From Dehalococcoidales bacterium (GTDB taxonomy: Bacteria > Chloroflexota > Dehalococcoidia > Dehalococcoidales > UBA2162): a stretch of DNA of 64,000 nucleotides. The DNA is taken from positions 24,657 through 88,656 of the forward strand of contig DAOUCV010000026.1 in assembly GCA_034432095.1 (NCBI GenBank), written 5' to 3'. Under the pieces are notes generated by a model. The model did not search any database. It was given only the letters and a program-made list of their open reading frames with translations, and was not told the origin of the DNA. Each line of letters begins with the position of its first letter. Position 1 is the first letter of the stretch. Positions 27,909 to 37,688 of the stretch are shown here, piece by piece. The translations under genes and the position numbers were made by a program.

Positions 27909-29771
27909 GTGAAAAGGAAGGTTGTCTGGATGCTGGTAAGCTGCTTGATGGCACTATCCCTGGTGGTAGCCTCCTGTGCCCCGAAAGAAGAGGCGAAGGA
28001 AAAGGAAGTAGGGAAAGCAACGGTAGTAAAAGCAGAGGAGGAGGTGAAAGAGGAGGAAAAGGCGGCGCCGGTGGAAGAAATGATTAAGGTGACGCTGACG
28101 AAGAGGGACGGAACGACCATGACAAAGATGGTGCCAAAGCCGAAGTATGGCGGGACAATGGTAACCGCCCTGACGGCTGACTACTCACAGTGGGACCCGT
28201 ACCACACTCAGACTATTAACGTGGGGCATATGCAGTTGACCAGCAACGAATTAATCGGGGGAGACTGGACGAAAGGTCCTCAGGGCACCGGGGACACGGA
28301 CTGGGAACTTGGCTGGCTTGGTGACTGGAAGGTATGTGCGGGCGAACTGGCTGAAAGCTGGGAGTTGCCCGATGACACCACCATCATCTGGCACCTTCAT
28401 CGTGGGGTTAAGTTCCACAATAAGGCACCCGCCTGGGGCCGTGAGTTGACTGCTGAGGATGTAATCTGGAACTGGAACTACCAATTCAACAACGAAGGGT
28501 GCTGGCAGGCCGGGGAGTATCCTGTGGGGAATCCTTATCGGCCAATATCCTGGAGGGTGATTGATAAGTATACTGTTGAAGTCAAGTTTCAGTCGGCGGA
28601 CGCCCAGAGCCTGATGTTGCCCGAAATGGGTGATAACATGTATTATAGCCCGCCTGAAGTATGGACGTCCGGCGGGGACATGAACCACTGGACAAAAGCC
28701 ATTGGAACAGGACCATGGATACTGACTGACTATATTCCGGGCAGTACAATAACCTATACCAAGAACCCGAACTACTTTGAGAGCGACCCCATCTACGCCG
28801 CGGCAGGGCTGGATTACAGGTGGCCCTATCTCGATACCTTCAGATTTCAGATTATACCGGACACCTCCACGCGAATCGCAGCACTGCGGACGGGTAAGCT
28901 CGACTTTTTGGTGGCGGTCGACCGCGACAACGCCGCCATACTGAGGAGGGATGTACCTGCCCTGCAATTTAGAGAAGGATTTGCGATGGTCAGCAATATT
29001 GCCGCCGGCAGGATAACACAGAAGCCTTATAGTGACATCCGAGTCAGGCGGGCGCTGAACATGGCTATCAACAAGCAGGAGATGGTGGACAAGTACTATG
29101 CGGGGCAGGCCGCTCTGATTGGTTATCCCTATCCTCCCGGTAAATCGTGGGCCAAAGTGTACACTCCGTTCGAAGAGCAGCCACCGGAGGTTCAGGAGAT
29201 CTTCACCTACAATCCGGAAAAGGCAAAGAAGCTTCTAGCAGAAGCCGGTTATCCTAATGGCTTCAAGATCAAAATTACGTGCACAGCCGCCACGGCAGAT
29301 GAATTGTCCTTGGTCAAAGAATACTGGGCTAAGGTCAATATTGACCTGGAACTGGAAGTACTGGAGGGTGGTGCATTCTTCGGGACCTGGATGTCTCACG
29401 GGTATAAGGATATGATTTATGCCCCGGGTCTTGGGTCCTGGGCTGGTGTCGAACAAGATATGATGACCCGTGCGGGGTTTTTCGCCAACGTCTCTGAAAT
29501 TGACGACCCGCGTACCAAAGAGTTCAAGGCTCAAATTGCCAAGTATGTCATCAAAGACCCCGATAAAATGTTGGCAGCCAAGAAAGATTACGCCATATGG
29601 GAGCTTCAACAAGCCTGGGGAGTATTCATGCCGCGACCATATGAGTACAGAATGTGGTGGCCCTGGGTAGAGAACTACTACGGCATCAACTGGACGGGCG
29701 GAGCCGGCCAATGGGACTGGACCAAGAGCATCTGGATAAACCAGGCGCTGAAGAAGTCTATGGGATACTAG
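27909..29771 (+). CDS. ABC transporter substrate-binding lipoprotein, family 5 (peptide/nickel/opine type)
   Basis: 620 aa. Signal peptide with lipobox LVVASC, followed by an E/K-rich linker and an SBP_bac_5-like body. Confidence 0.75.
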   Translation: MKRKVVWMLVSCLMALSLVVASCAPKEEAKEKEVGKATVVKAEEEVKEEEKAAPVEEMIKVTLTKRDGTTMTKMVPKPKYGGTMVTALTADYSQWDPYHTQTINVGHMQLTSNELIGGDWTKGPQGTGDTDWELGWLGDWKVCAGELAESWELPDDTTIIWHLHRGVKFHNKAPAWGRELTAEDVIWNWNYQFNNEGCWQAGEYPVGNPYRPISWRVIDKYTVEVKFQSADAQSLMLPEMGDNMYYSPPEVWTSGGDMNHWTKAIGTGPWILTDYIPGSTITYTKNPNYFESDPIYAAAGLDYRWPYLDTFRFQIIPDTSTRIAALRTGKLDFLVAVDRDNAAILRRDVPALQFREGFAMVSNIAAGRITQKPYSDIRVRRALNMAINKQEMVDKYYAGQAALIGYPYPPGKSWAKVYTPFEEQPPEVQEIFTYNPEKAKKLLAEAGYPNGFKIKITCTAATADELSLVKEYWAKVNIDLELEVLEGGAFFGTWMSHGYKDMIYAPGLGSWAGVEQDMMTRAGFFANVSEIDDPRTKEFKAQIAKYVIKDPDKMLAAKKDYAIWELQQAWGVFMPRPYEYRMWWPWVENYYGINWTGGAGQWDWTKSIWINQALKKSMGY

Positions 29772-29802
29772 TCCCGACGTAGTGGCGATAACCAGACAGC
29801 GA

Positions 29803-29834
29803 GAGGGGATGGAGGGTGAACTCTCCATCCCCTT
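29803..29834 (+). terminator. terminator-like hairpin after the SBP gene
   Basis: AGGGGATGGAG (29804-29814) pairs with CTCCATCCCCT (29823-29833), 8-nt loop, then a T-rich tail CTTGCTT. Confidence 0.5.
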
Positions 29835-29921
29835 CTTGCTTAATAGAGTAAATTGACAGGAAGTGGCGGCAAGTTGTACCATTTCGCAAAATCAATTTAT
29901 AAAGGAGGCGGACAATATCCT

Positions 29922-31265
29922 ATGGGAACGGGTAAGAAATGGGCTGATTTATCCTGGGAGGAAAAACGGGAGGAGCGGTTCAAGCGCTGGTTATCCCCAC
30001 TGGGTGTAAAATTTGTCAGCCCCGAGGCTGAGAAACTCTACAAGGAAAGGGTGACCCGGTTCATCAAGGCTATCAAAATGGAGGAGCCCGACCGTGTGCC
30101 GGTGATGCTACCAGCCCATGTTTACCCAGCCTACTACGCCGGGGCGGACTTCCACACGATAATGTATGACTATGACGTGATGCGTAATGCCTGGGTCAAG
30201 TTTATGGACGACTTCGGAGATATGGATACTTTTAGTGGGCCCGGTCTAATCCCGTCGGGAAAGATATCGGAGGCCCTTAATTCCAAGACTCAGAAATTGC
30301 CCGGTATCGGCCTGCCGGTGGATGCGACGACGAACCAGTTCGTTGAGGGCGAATACATGTATGCCGACGAGTATGACCTTTTGATGATGGACCCCTCTGA
30401 CTTTAGTATCAGGGTCATGCTGCCGCGCACGACCGGTCTCTTTGAGTCCTTTAAGAATCTGCCGCCCCTCCGCTTCCTCCAGGGGGCGGCCTGGGTTGCC
30501 GCTCTGGCAGACCCCGAGATACGCAAGACCTTCGAGACTTTGATGAGCCTGACGGAGGAGTGCAAGAAGTGGCAGGCCGCCGTTGCCGAGATTAGGGACA
30601 TCGCCATTTCCCGGGGGTACGCTACCACGTTTGGCGGCGGCATTATGGCTGGAGCCCCTTTCGACCACTTTGCTGATACGCTTCGGGGTACCAGGGGTAT
30701 TGTTATGGACATGTACCGTCAGCCGCAAAAGCTGCTCGAGGCTATGGAATTCTGGCTAAACCTGACTATTAATACATCCATCAAGAATTTCCCGATGACG
30801 AATTGCCCCCTAGTAATGATGCCCCTGCACAAGGGTGATGATACGTTCATGTCCGATAAACAGTTTGAGACGTTCTACTGGCCAACACTGCGGAGGCTAT
30901 TCATGGCAATGATTGAAGAAGGGCTCGTGCCGATGCCATTTGCCGAGGGCAGATATACCAATCGCCTGAAGCAGATTGCGGACACGCCCAGGAGCGCCGT
31001 CGTCTGGTACTTCGACCAGACGGATATGGCCGAGGCGAAAAGAATACTGGGCAATGTCTCCTGTATTGTCGGCAATGTACCTGCTTCACTAGTGATGACC
31101 GGCACTCCCAAGCAGGTGAAGGAATACTGCCGCAAGCTCATCGAGACCTGTGCCCCGGGTGGTGGCTATATCCTGGCAGGTGGTGCCAGTGTTGCTAAAG
31201 TAAATATAGAGAACCTTCGGGCAATGATGGAAGCCGCCTACGAATACGGCGTTTATAAGAAATAG
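29922..31265 (+). CDS. uroporphyrinogen decarboxylase (URO-D)-fold family protein, possible methyltransferase
   Basis: 447 aa. Overall resemblance to long URO-D/MtaA-like family members. AAGGAGG RBS before ATG 29922. Family assignment is from memory only. Confidence 0.5.
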   Translation: MGTGKKWADLSWEEKREERFKRWLSPLGVKFVSPEAEKLYKERVTRFIKAIKMEEPDRVPVMLPAHVYPAYYAGADFHTIMYDYDVMRNAWVKFMDDFGDMDTFSGPGLIPSGKISEALNSKTQKLPGIGLPVDATTNQFVEGEYMYADEYDLLMMDPSDFSIRVMLPRTTGLFESFKNLPPLRFLQGAAWVAALADPEIRKTFETLMSLTEECKKWQAAVAEIRDIAISRGYATTFGGGIMAGAPFDHFADTLRGTRGIVMDMYRQPQKLLEAMEFWLNLTINTSIKNFPMTNCPLVMMPLHKGDDTFMSDKQFETFYWPTLRRLFMAMIEEGLVPMPFAEGRYTNRLKQIADTPRSAVVWYFDQTDMAEAKRILGNVSCIVGNVPASLVMTGTPKQVKEYCRKLIETCAPGGGYILAGGASVAKVNIENLRAMMEAAYEYGVYKK

Positions 31266-31289
31266 TTTGGGTTGGAACCAAATTCCCTC

Positions 31290-32435
31290 TCAACTGTCCC
31301 GGAGTATCCTTCGGGCGATAACCAAACGCTGCATCTCAGAGGTACCCTCATAGATTTCGGTAAGTTTGGCGGCACGCCAGTGCAACTGGGCACGAGAATC
31401 CCTCATATAACCATAACCGCCAAGAATCTGTACGGCTTTGGTGCTTACCTCTACGGCTGTTTCAGAAGCATAAAGCTTCGCCATAGCCGCTTCCTTGGTA
31501 AAGGGTAGCTTCTGGTCCATAAGATAGGCTGCCCGGTAGGTCAACAGCCGTGCGGCATCAATTCTGGTTGCCATATCTACCAGCATCCACTGTATTGCCT
31601 GGAACTCAGCGAGGGATTGACCGAACTGCCGGCGCTGCTTGGCGTGAGCTACTGCCAGTTCGTAAGCACCCTGAGCAATACCCAGCGCCTGGGCGGCGAT
31701 TCCTATTCTTCCCATGTCTATGGTACCCAGGGCTATTTGGAAACCTCGACCTTCCTCACCCAGACGATTGGATGCCGGCACGCGACAGTCCTGAAAAATA
31801 AGCTCGTGCTGAGTTGATGCCCGCATGCCCGCCTTGAGGTATTTTTTCCCGAGGGAATAGCCTGGGAAGCCCTTTTCAACGATAAAGGCGGTGATGCCTC
31901 TATAACCGAGTGCCCTGTTGAGGGTAGCGAACACTATTATGGTGCTGGCTACCTTGGCATTGGTGATGAAAATCTTATTGCCGTTTAGTATATAATCGTC
32001 TCCATCCCTCACCGCCGTGGTCTCAAGTGCGGCAGCATCGCTGCCGGCATTCGGTTCCGTCAGAGCAAAGGCTCCTATTTGTTCCCCTTTAGCCAGTGGC
32101 GGCAGGTAGCGTTTTTTCTGTTCCTCACTGGCGAAGTGTTGCAGGCATTCGCAAGCCAGAGAATTGTGCGTGGCAATAACGCCACCGGTTGAGGGACACG
32201 CCCGTGACAATTCTTCGATAGCAATGACGTAGCCGACTTTATCTAAGCCGCTACCGCCATACTCGGGGGGAACGGTCAGCCCCGAAAGTCCAAGCCGGGC
32301 TACCTTCCTGAAGACCTCCTTCGGGAACTCTTCCCTTTCATCCAGCTCCAGGGCTATTGGCTCCAGTTCCTTCCTGGCAAACTCCCGCACCCGCTGCTGC
32401 AACATCTTCTGTTCTTCAGTCAGAGACAAATCCAT
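31290..32435 (-). CDS. acyl-CoA dehydrogenase (short/medium-chain type)
   Basis: 381 aa with ACAD motifs (FALTEPNAGSDAA, catalytic C-terminal YEGTSEMQRLVIAR). Confidence 0.9.
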   Translation of the reverse strand: MDLSLTEEQKMLQQRVREFARKELEPIALELDEREEFPKEVFRKVARLGLSGLTVPPEYGGSGLDKVGYVIAIEELSRACPSTGGVIATHNSLACECLQHFASEEQKKRYLPPLAKGEQIGAFALTEPNAGSDAAALETTAVRDGDDYILNGNKIFITNAKVASTIIVFATLNRALGYRGITAFIVEKGFPGYSLGKKYLKAGMRASTQHELIFQDCRVPASNRLGEEGRGFQIALGTIDMGRIGIAAQALGIAQGAYELAVAHAKQRRQFGQSLAEFQAIQWMLVDMATRIDAARLLTYRAAYLMDQKLPFTKEAAMAKLYASETAVEVSTKAVQILGGYGYMRDSRAQLHWRAAKLTEIYEGTSEMQRLVIARRILRDS

Positions 32436-32537
32436 GTCCTCCTCCTTTTGTAACTAAGACATATTGACTTTTTCTTTCCACTCCGTCAAAAATTTGTAGT
32501 TCTAGTATAACACGTCCTTTGTGATTGACGGTTCTAA

Positions 32538-32546
32538 TGTTATAAT
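32538..32546 (+). promoter_or_regulatory. extended -10 promoter candidate TGtTATAAT
   Basis: TG at 32538-32539, TATAAT at 32541-32546, about 30 nt upstream of ATG 32578. No good -35 element. Confidence 0.35.
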
Positions 32547-32577
32547 CTATGAAAGTCATCAATCGAAGGGGGAGAAA

Positions 32578-34044
32578 ATGATTGAAAAGGAGAAGCTGGT
32601 AGAAATCGTTGGGACCGCCAATGTAAGCTATGAGCCAGCCACTTTGGATGAATACTCCAGGGATGTGAGTTTTGTCAATAGCGTGAGGCCGTTATGTGTG
32701 GTAAAGCCAGCAAATGCTGGAGAAGTACAGAAGATAGTGAATCTGGCGAATGAGACGCTAACGCCGCTGGTGCCGGTGAGCTCTGGACCTCCCCACTTTC
32801 GCGGCGATACTGTTCCCGGCATTGGAGGGGCGGTTATCGTAGATTTAAGTAGAATGAAAAAAATCATCAGGGTTGACCGTTATCACCGGGTTGCCATGGT
32901 TGAGCCGGGGGTAACATTCGGAGAACTGATACCAGCGGTAGAAAAAGAGGGCCTCAGACTGAATATGCCCCTACTACCACGGAAGTCAAAGACTGTTGTC
33001 GGTAGCATGCTCGAAAGAGAGCCGGTAATAATGCCCAAGTATCAGTGGGATATATCAGACCCACTGGCTTGTGTTGAAGTAATCTTCGGGACTGGTGATG
33101 AGTTTAGAACCGGGCAGGCAGCCGGACCGGGGACAATAGAGGAACAGTGGGCAGCCGGGGGAGCACAAAAAGCGCCGTATGGGCCCGGTCCATTTTCCTG
33201 GCATCGGCTTATTCAGGGGGCGCAGGGGACGATGGGCATTGTAACCTGGGCATCGTTGAGATGTGAGTTGCTCCCCACGCTTGAAGAGCCTTTCCTGGCT
33301 GGCTCCTCAGAACTCGCTAGGCTCCTCGAGCTAACTCACTGGCTGGTAAGGCTGAGAGTGGTTAATGAGTGCTTTATCCTTAATAATACCAGTCTGGCAG
33401 CAATTACGGCGAAAAAATGGCCCGGGGATTACCGGGATTTGAAGGATGCTCTACCCCCCTGGGTGCTCTTCTTCAACATAGCTGGCTATGACTATTATCC
33501 TGAAGATAGGGTGAGCTACCAGATAAAGAACATCCGGGAAATAACCCAGCGGTTGGGGGTGGAACCGGTGAAAGCAGTCGGGGGAGTTTCAGCCAGTGAA
33601 TTATTGAAAGTAGTCCAGAGACCTTCTGCTGAGCCTTACTGGAAACTCCGCTACAAAGGAGCCTGCCACGACGTATTCTTTTTGACCATCTATGATAAGC
33701 TCGAAGGTCAAATTAGCCTCATGAATGACCTCGCTAATAAAGCTGGCTACCCTGCTTCGGATATGGGTGTGTACCTCCAGCCGATAGTACAGGGCACCAG
33801 CTGCCACGTTGAGTTTAATCTGTTCTATACTCCCGGAAGCCAAAGTGAGCTGGAGCGAATCAAGGAACTTTCTACTTCAGCCATCAAGAACTTAATGGCT
33901 AAGGGCGCTTTCTTCTCAAGACCTTATGGTGAAAGCGCAAGGATGATTATTAATAGAGATGCGGCTACCGTTGCTGTTTTATCGAAGGTTAAGAAGATAT
34001 TTGACCCAAACAATATTATGAATCCGGGGAAACTGTGCTTTTAA
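32578..34044 (+). CDS. FAD-binding oxidoreductase, VAO/GlcD (FAD_binding_4) family, divergent
   Basis: 488 aa. The N-terminal FAD-binding segment (VVKPANAGEVQKIVNLA ... IVDLSRMKKIIRVD ... VEPGVTFGEL) matches the family layout. GGGGAG RBS before ATG 32578. Confidence 0.7.
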   Translation: MIEKEKLVEIVGTANVSYEPATLDEYSRDVSFVNSVRPLCVVKPANAGEVQKIVNLANETLTPLVPVSSGPPHFRGDTVPGIGGAVIVDLSRMKKIIRVDRYHRVAMVEPGVTFGELIPAVEKEGLRLNMPLLPRKSKTVVGSMLEREPVIMPKYQWDISDPLACVEVIFGTGDEFRTGQAAGPGTIEEQWAAGGAQKAPYGPGPFSWHRLIQGAQGTMGIVTWASLRCELLPTLEEPFLAGSSELARLLELTHWLVRLRVVNECFILNNTSLAAITAKKWPGDYRDLKDALPPWVLFFNIAGYDYYPEDRVSYQIKNIREITQRLGVEPVKAVGGVSASELLKVVQRPSAEPYWKLRYKGACHDVFFLTIYDKLEGQISLMNDLANKAGYPASDMGVYLQPIVQGTSCHVEFNLFYTPGSQSELERIKELSTSAIKNLMAKGAFFSRPYGESARMIINRDAATVAVLSKVKKIFDPNNIMNPGKLCF

Positions 34045-34089
34045 ACACGAAGAAACTCACCGGTGAATAAATTCAGGAAGGAGCGAAAA

Positions 34090-35358
34090 ATGGGACTGGA
34101 AGAATACTTAGGTGATATGGAGATGTGCTGCCGGTGTTCTGCCTGCAAGTTTATACCCATGCAAAGGGTGACCGGATTTCAGTACGCAAATGTGTGTCCC
34201 AGCATATCGAAGTATGATTTCCATGCCTACTCGGGCGGCGGAAGATTAAACATCGCCGCGGCGATGTTGAAGAATAAAATTGAGTATTCCGACAAGCTCC
34301 TCGATATTGTGTACAACTGTCAGATGTGCGGTGCCTGTGATATATCCTGTAAATATGCTATGGATATGGAGGTACTTGAGCCCATCTATGAATTCCGCAT
34401 CAGAGCTGTGGAAACAGGACATACCCACCCGGCTCTTGATAAAGTTATCAGGAGCCTGGGCAAACAGGGTAGTATGGTGCCCGGCGTCAGGGGCAAGCGT
34501 GGCGACTGGGCGGCCGGCCTGGACTTAAAGGACGCTACTGAAGAGAAGGTGGCTGTTTTATATCATGTCGGCTGTCTGGCGAGCTACGACAAGAATTACC
34601 AGAAGCTGGCTAGAGCTATTGCCAAGATATTACAGAAGGCTGGTGTCAACTTCGGTATCGCTGGCGACGCTGAGACCTGCTGCGGCGGGCGGGCTTATCA
34701 GATGGGCTATAAAGAGGACTTTCTAAATCAGGCAAAAAAGAACGTGGAAATGATAAAAAGAGCAGGGGCAAAAACATTGGTCACCGGCTGTGCCGACGGC
34801 TATCAGGCTTTCAAGGTGCTCTACGACAAATACAACCTCAAGGGTGAGTGGGAAGTCGTGCATATCACCGAGTTAATAGCCCGCCTGATTAAACAGGGCA
34901 AACTCAAGCTGAACAAGAAAGTTAATATGAATGTCACTTACCATGACCCCTGCCACCTCGGCAGGCTGAGTGAGCCGTGGATTCACTGGGAGGGGAAAAA
35001 GGTTCCGGGGCACCGGTTTGTCTTCGACCCGCCCAAGACCTATCGCCGGGGTACCAATGGCGTTTATGACCCACCGAGGGATGTGCTGAACAGCATTCCC
35101 GGTGTAAGGCTTACCGAGATGGTCAGGATAAAGGAATACTCCTGGTGCTGCGGGGCCGGTGGCGGCGTTAATGAGTCCAACCCTGAGTTTTCCCTGTGGA
35201 CCGCCAAAGAAAGGCTCGAAGAAGCTGAGTCTACCGGGGCTGAGGCGATTGTTACCACCTGTCCCTGGTGCGAAAAGAACCTTAGCGAAGCCATCAAGGA
35301 AACCGGCAGCAGCCTGAAGGTGTACGATATCGTTGAACTCGTAGAAAAGGCAATCTGA
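34090..35358 (+). CDS. GlcF/HdrD-like (Fe-S)-binding subunit with two CCG domains
   Basis: Two 4Fe-4S ferredoxin motifs (CCRCSACKF...CPS and CQMCGACDISC) and two CCG motifs (ETCCGGRAY, SWCCGAGGG). Confidence 0.8.
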   Translation: MGLEEYLGDMEMCCRCSACKFIPMQRVTGFQYANVCPSISKYDFHAYSGGGRLNIAAAMLKNKIEYSDKLLDIVYNCQMCGACDISCKYAMDMEVLEPIYEFRIRAVETGHTHPALDKVIRSLGKQGSMVPGVRGKRGDWAAGLDLKDATEEKVAVLYHVGCLASYDKNYQKLARAIAKILQKAGVNFGIAGDAETCCGGRAYQMGYKEDFLNQAKKNVEMIKRAGAKTLVTGCADGYQAFKVLYDKYNLKGEWEVVHITELIARLIKQGKLKLNKKVNMNVTYHDPCHLGRLSEPWIHWEGKKVPGHRFVFDPPKTYRRGTNGVYDPPRDVLNSIPGVRLTEMVRIKEYSWCCGAGGGVNESNPEFSLWTAKERLEEAESTGAEAIVTTCPWCEKNLSEAIKETGSSLKVYDIVELVEKAI

Positions 35359-35376
35359 GAAAGGGGGCAATGAACC

Positions 35377-36846
35377 ATGGCTTTAAGCAAGGACATTTAT
35401 CAGGCGTTCGAAGATGTGGTGGGAAAGGAGTACATCTGTGATGACCCGGCAATAATGCCGGCGTATCATTCGGCTGAGCTCGCCGCGGTAATTCTTCCCA
35501 AGAACACCGCGGAAGTTCAAGCGATAGTCAAGCTATGTAACAAATTCAAGCTGAAATTCAGAGCGGTATGTACCGGCTGGACGGGGATGTTCCCCAAGGG
35601 GATTATCTATTTAGACCTGAGAAGGATGAACCGCATCATTGAGATCAATGAGAAAAATATGTATGCCGTGGTTGAGCCGTATGTCATCTCAGCACAGCTA
35701 CAAGCCGAGCTATTCAAGAGGGGCTTGAATTGCAACATAAAGGGAGCGGGGTCTAACTGCACGGCGCTCCTCAGGGGTCACGGACATATGGACCAGACCA
35801 CCAGTGGCGACGACCGAAACCATCTGGCGGTAGAATGGGTAACTCCTGAAGGGGAAATAGTCAGGTTGGGTTCGCTGGGGTCTTCGGATGAATGGTTCTG
35901 TGGTGACGGGCCAGGACCGTCTTTAAGGTGCTTGATTAGCAGTGCGGTGCCGCCAGGCGTAACACCGGGTGTATTTACAAAAGTGGCGATGAAGCTTTAT
36001 CACTGGCCAGGACCCCCAAGATTTCCAATAACAGGGGTATCACCAAATTACACCCTGAGTGAGATACCACCTGGCTTCATGGTACGATATTTCAGCTTCC
36101 CGTCACCAGAGAAAATGTATGAGGCGGAGCTAAAGATAGGTGAGAGTGAAATAGCCTTTGAGCTAATGGGTTTCAATATGTCAATGGTAGCAGCGAATAT
36201 AACAACTTGTAATGAAGAAGAGGCGGAAGTCTTCGGGCGGCTAAACAAGTTGGTGCAGGGGCCTGGCTTTATGGTAATCATCGCCGGCAACTCTCCGGAA
36301 GACTTTGACTATAAGAAACGGGTGCTGGAGCAAATTATCAGTGAAACTGACGGGCAGTCCTTAAAACCAGTCGAAGACCCCAAAATTGAAGGGGTTCTGT
36401 TGTGCCAGTGTATAAGAATTAGTGCCTCCATTAGAGAGACGTTCCGGGCTGGAGGGGTCTTTAATTCAATTCCTGTTATGGGCCAAAGAGACTTGACGCT
36501 CAAATGGATGTTAGGGGCTGCCAGGGCAAAGGAGCCCTTGATAAGTAAGGGGTTGATAGTGGATGATGGCGCCGCGGGCTTTGGCTGGGGAGTTGAACAT
36601 GGGCATCTCGGGAAAACTGAGATATTCTGCCGGTACGACCGTCTCAACCCTGAAGCGGTAAAAGCCGTGCAGGAATGGCAAAGGGAGCAAACTAAGAGGG
36701 CTTTTGATGGCCGCTTCTTCGCCTCCACAATGGGCCCGATTGATGAAATCGGACCAGCTTTGTCAAATTACCATATATGGTTGAGGAAGGTTCAGAAAGC
36801 ACTTGACCCGAATGATGTATCACCCGCGGGAGGCGCACTTGTCTAG
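35377..36846 (+). CDS. FAD-binding oxidoreductase-like protein, VAO/GlcD family, highly divergent second subunit
   Basis: 489 aa. Same domain order as 32578-34044 (ILPKNTAEVQAIVKLC ... YLDLRRMNRIIEINEKNMYAVVEPYV), but the glycine-rich FAD loop is altered. Confidence 0.6.
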   Translation: MALSKDIYQAFEDVVGKEYICDDPAIMPAYHSAELAAVILPKNTAEVQAIVKLCNKFKLKFRAVCTGWTGMFPKGIIYLDLRRMNRIIEINEKNMYAVVEPYVISAQLQAELFKRGLNCNIKGAGSNCTALLRGHGHMDQTTSGDDRNHLAVEWVTPEGEIVRLGSLGSSDEWFCGDGPGPSLRCLISSAVPPGVTPGVFTKVAMKLYHWPGPPRFPITGVSPNYTLSEIPPGFMVRYFSFPSPEKMYEAELKIGESEIAFELMGFNMSMVAANITTCNEEEAEVFGRLNKLVQGPGFMVIIAGNSPEDFDYKKRVLEQIISETDGQSLKPVEDPKIEGVLLCQCIRISASIRETFRAGGVFNSIPVMGQRDLTLKWMLGAARAKEPLISKGLIVDDGAAGFGWGVEHGHLGKTEIFCRYDRLNPEAVKAVQEWQREQTKRAFDGRFFASTMGPIDEIGPALSNYHIWLRKVQKALDPNDVSPAGGALV

Positions 36847-36962
36847 TCCCGGCTGGCGGGGGAGCGGAGATTGCTCCGACCGCTCAATAACAAAACAGGA
36901 GAAGATGTGTAAATGGACACGAGATTGATACCTGGTGTATTGACAGCAAGGAGACGGAATAG

Positions 36963-37634
36963 ATGAGCATTAAGGTACTGACTATTAAAGAGGACATCCT
37001 GGGCGCTAACGAAGAAAAAGCGAAGGCAAACCGGGAACTGGTAGATAAACACCACATCCTTATGATTAACATCATGTCCTCACCCGGGGCGGGCAAGACC
37101 AGTCTTATCCTACAAACCATAAACAGGTTCAAGGGGAAAACCCGTATTGCTGTTATTGAGGGTGATGTTGCTTCGACAATGGATGCCGATAAGGTAAGCA
37201 AGCTAGCTGTCCCGGTAATTCAAATAAATACCGCTGGTGCCTGCCACCTTGATGCCAATATGATTAGGAAGGCGCTGGATAATCTAGCTCTTGAGCAGAT
37301 TGACCTCCTCCTTATCGAAAATGTCGGTAATCTTATCTGCACGGCTGAGTTTGCCCTCGGTGCCCATAAACAGGTAATGCTCTTGAGCGTTCCCGAAGGC
37401 GATGACAAACCTTATAAATACCCCTTAATGTTTACGGAAGCTGATGTGGTGCTGGTAAACAAAATCGATGTCCTGCCGTACTTTGATTTTAATGTTAACG
37501 CCTTCTCTAAAGCAGTCAGTGGTCTAAACCCTTCGGCTAAAATATTCCCGGTTTCCGCTAAGACGGGCGAAGGTCTGGAAGCATGGTTCTCCTGGCTTGA
37601 AAACGCGATAAAACAGCAAACCAGCACAGCTTAG
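36963..37634 (+). CDS. hypB: hydrogenase/urease nickel-incorporation GTPase HypB
   Basis: 223 aa. P-loop SSPGAGKTS, CH motif (AGACHLDA), ENVGNLIC, NKID. Confidence 0.9.
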   Translation: MSIKVLTIKEDILGANEEKAKANRELVDKHHILMINIMSSPGAGKTSLILQTINRFKGKTRIAVIEGDVASTMDADKVSKLAVPVIQINTAGACHLDANMIRKALDNLALEQIDLLLIENVGNLICTAEFALGAHKQVMLLSVPEGDDKPYKYPLMFTEADVVLVNKIDVLPYFDFNVNAFSKAVSGLNPSAKIFPVSAKTGEGLEAWFSWLENAIKQQTSTA

Positions 37635-37688
37635 GGTTACTTTGCGGCTGCGAAATTCATGCCGGAGGAGGCCGATGCGCCTGGTCTT

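Noticed and set aside
28251-29882. Large antisense ORFs 28251-28967(-) and 29235-29882(-) opposite the SBP gene. The same applies to 23709-24212(-), 34873-35370(-), 60207-60602(-), 62207-62623(-), 30246-30728(-), 48257-48742(+), 49496-49939(+) and the many shorter antisense ORFs in the track.
   Set aside because: Each lies fully inside a well-supported gene on the other strand. They have low-complexity, Arg/Pro/Ser/Gly-rich composition and no recognisable motifs, as expected for shadow ORFs.
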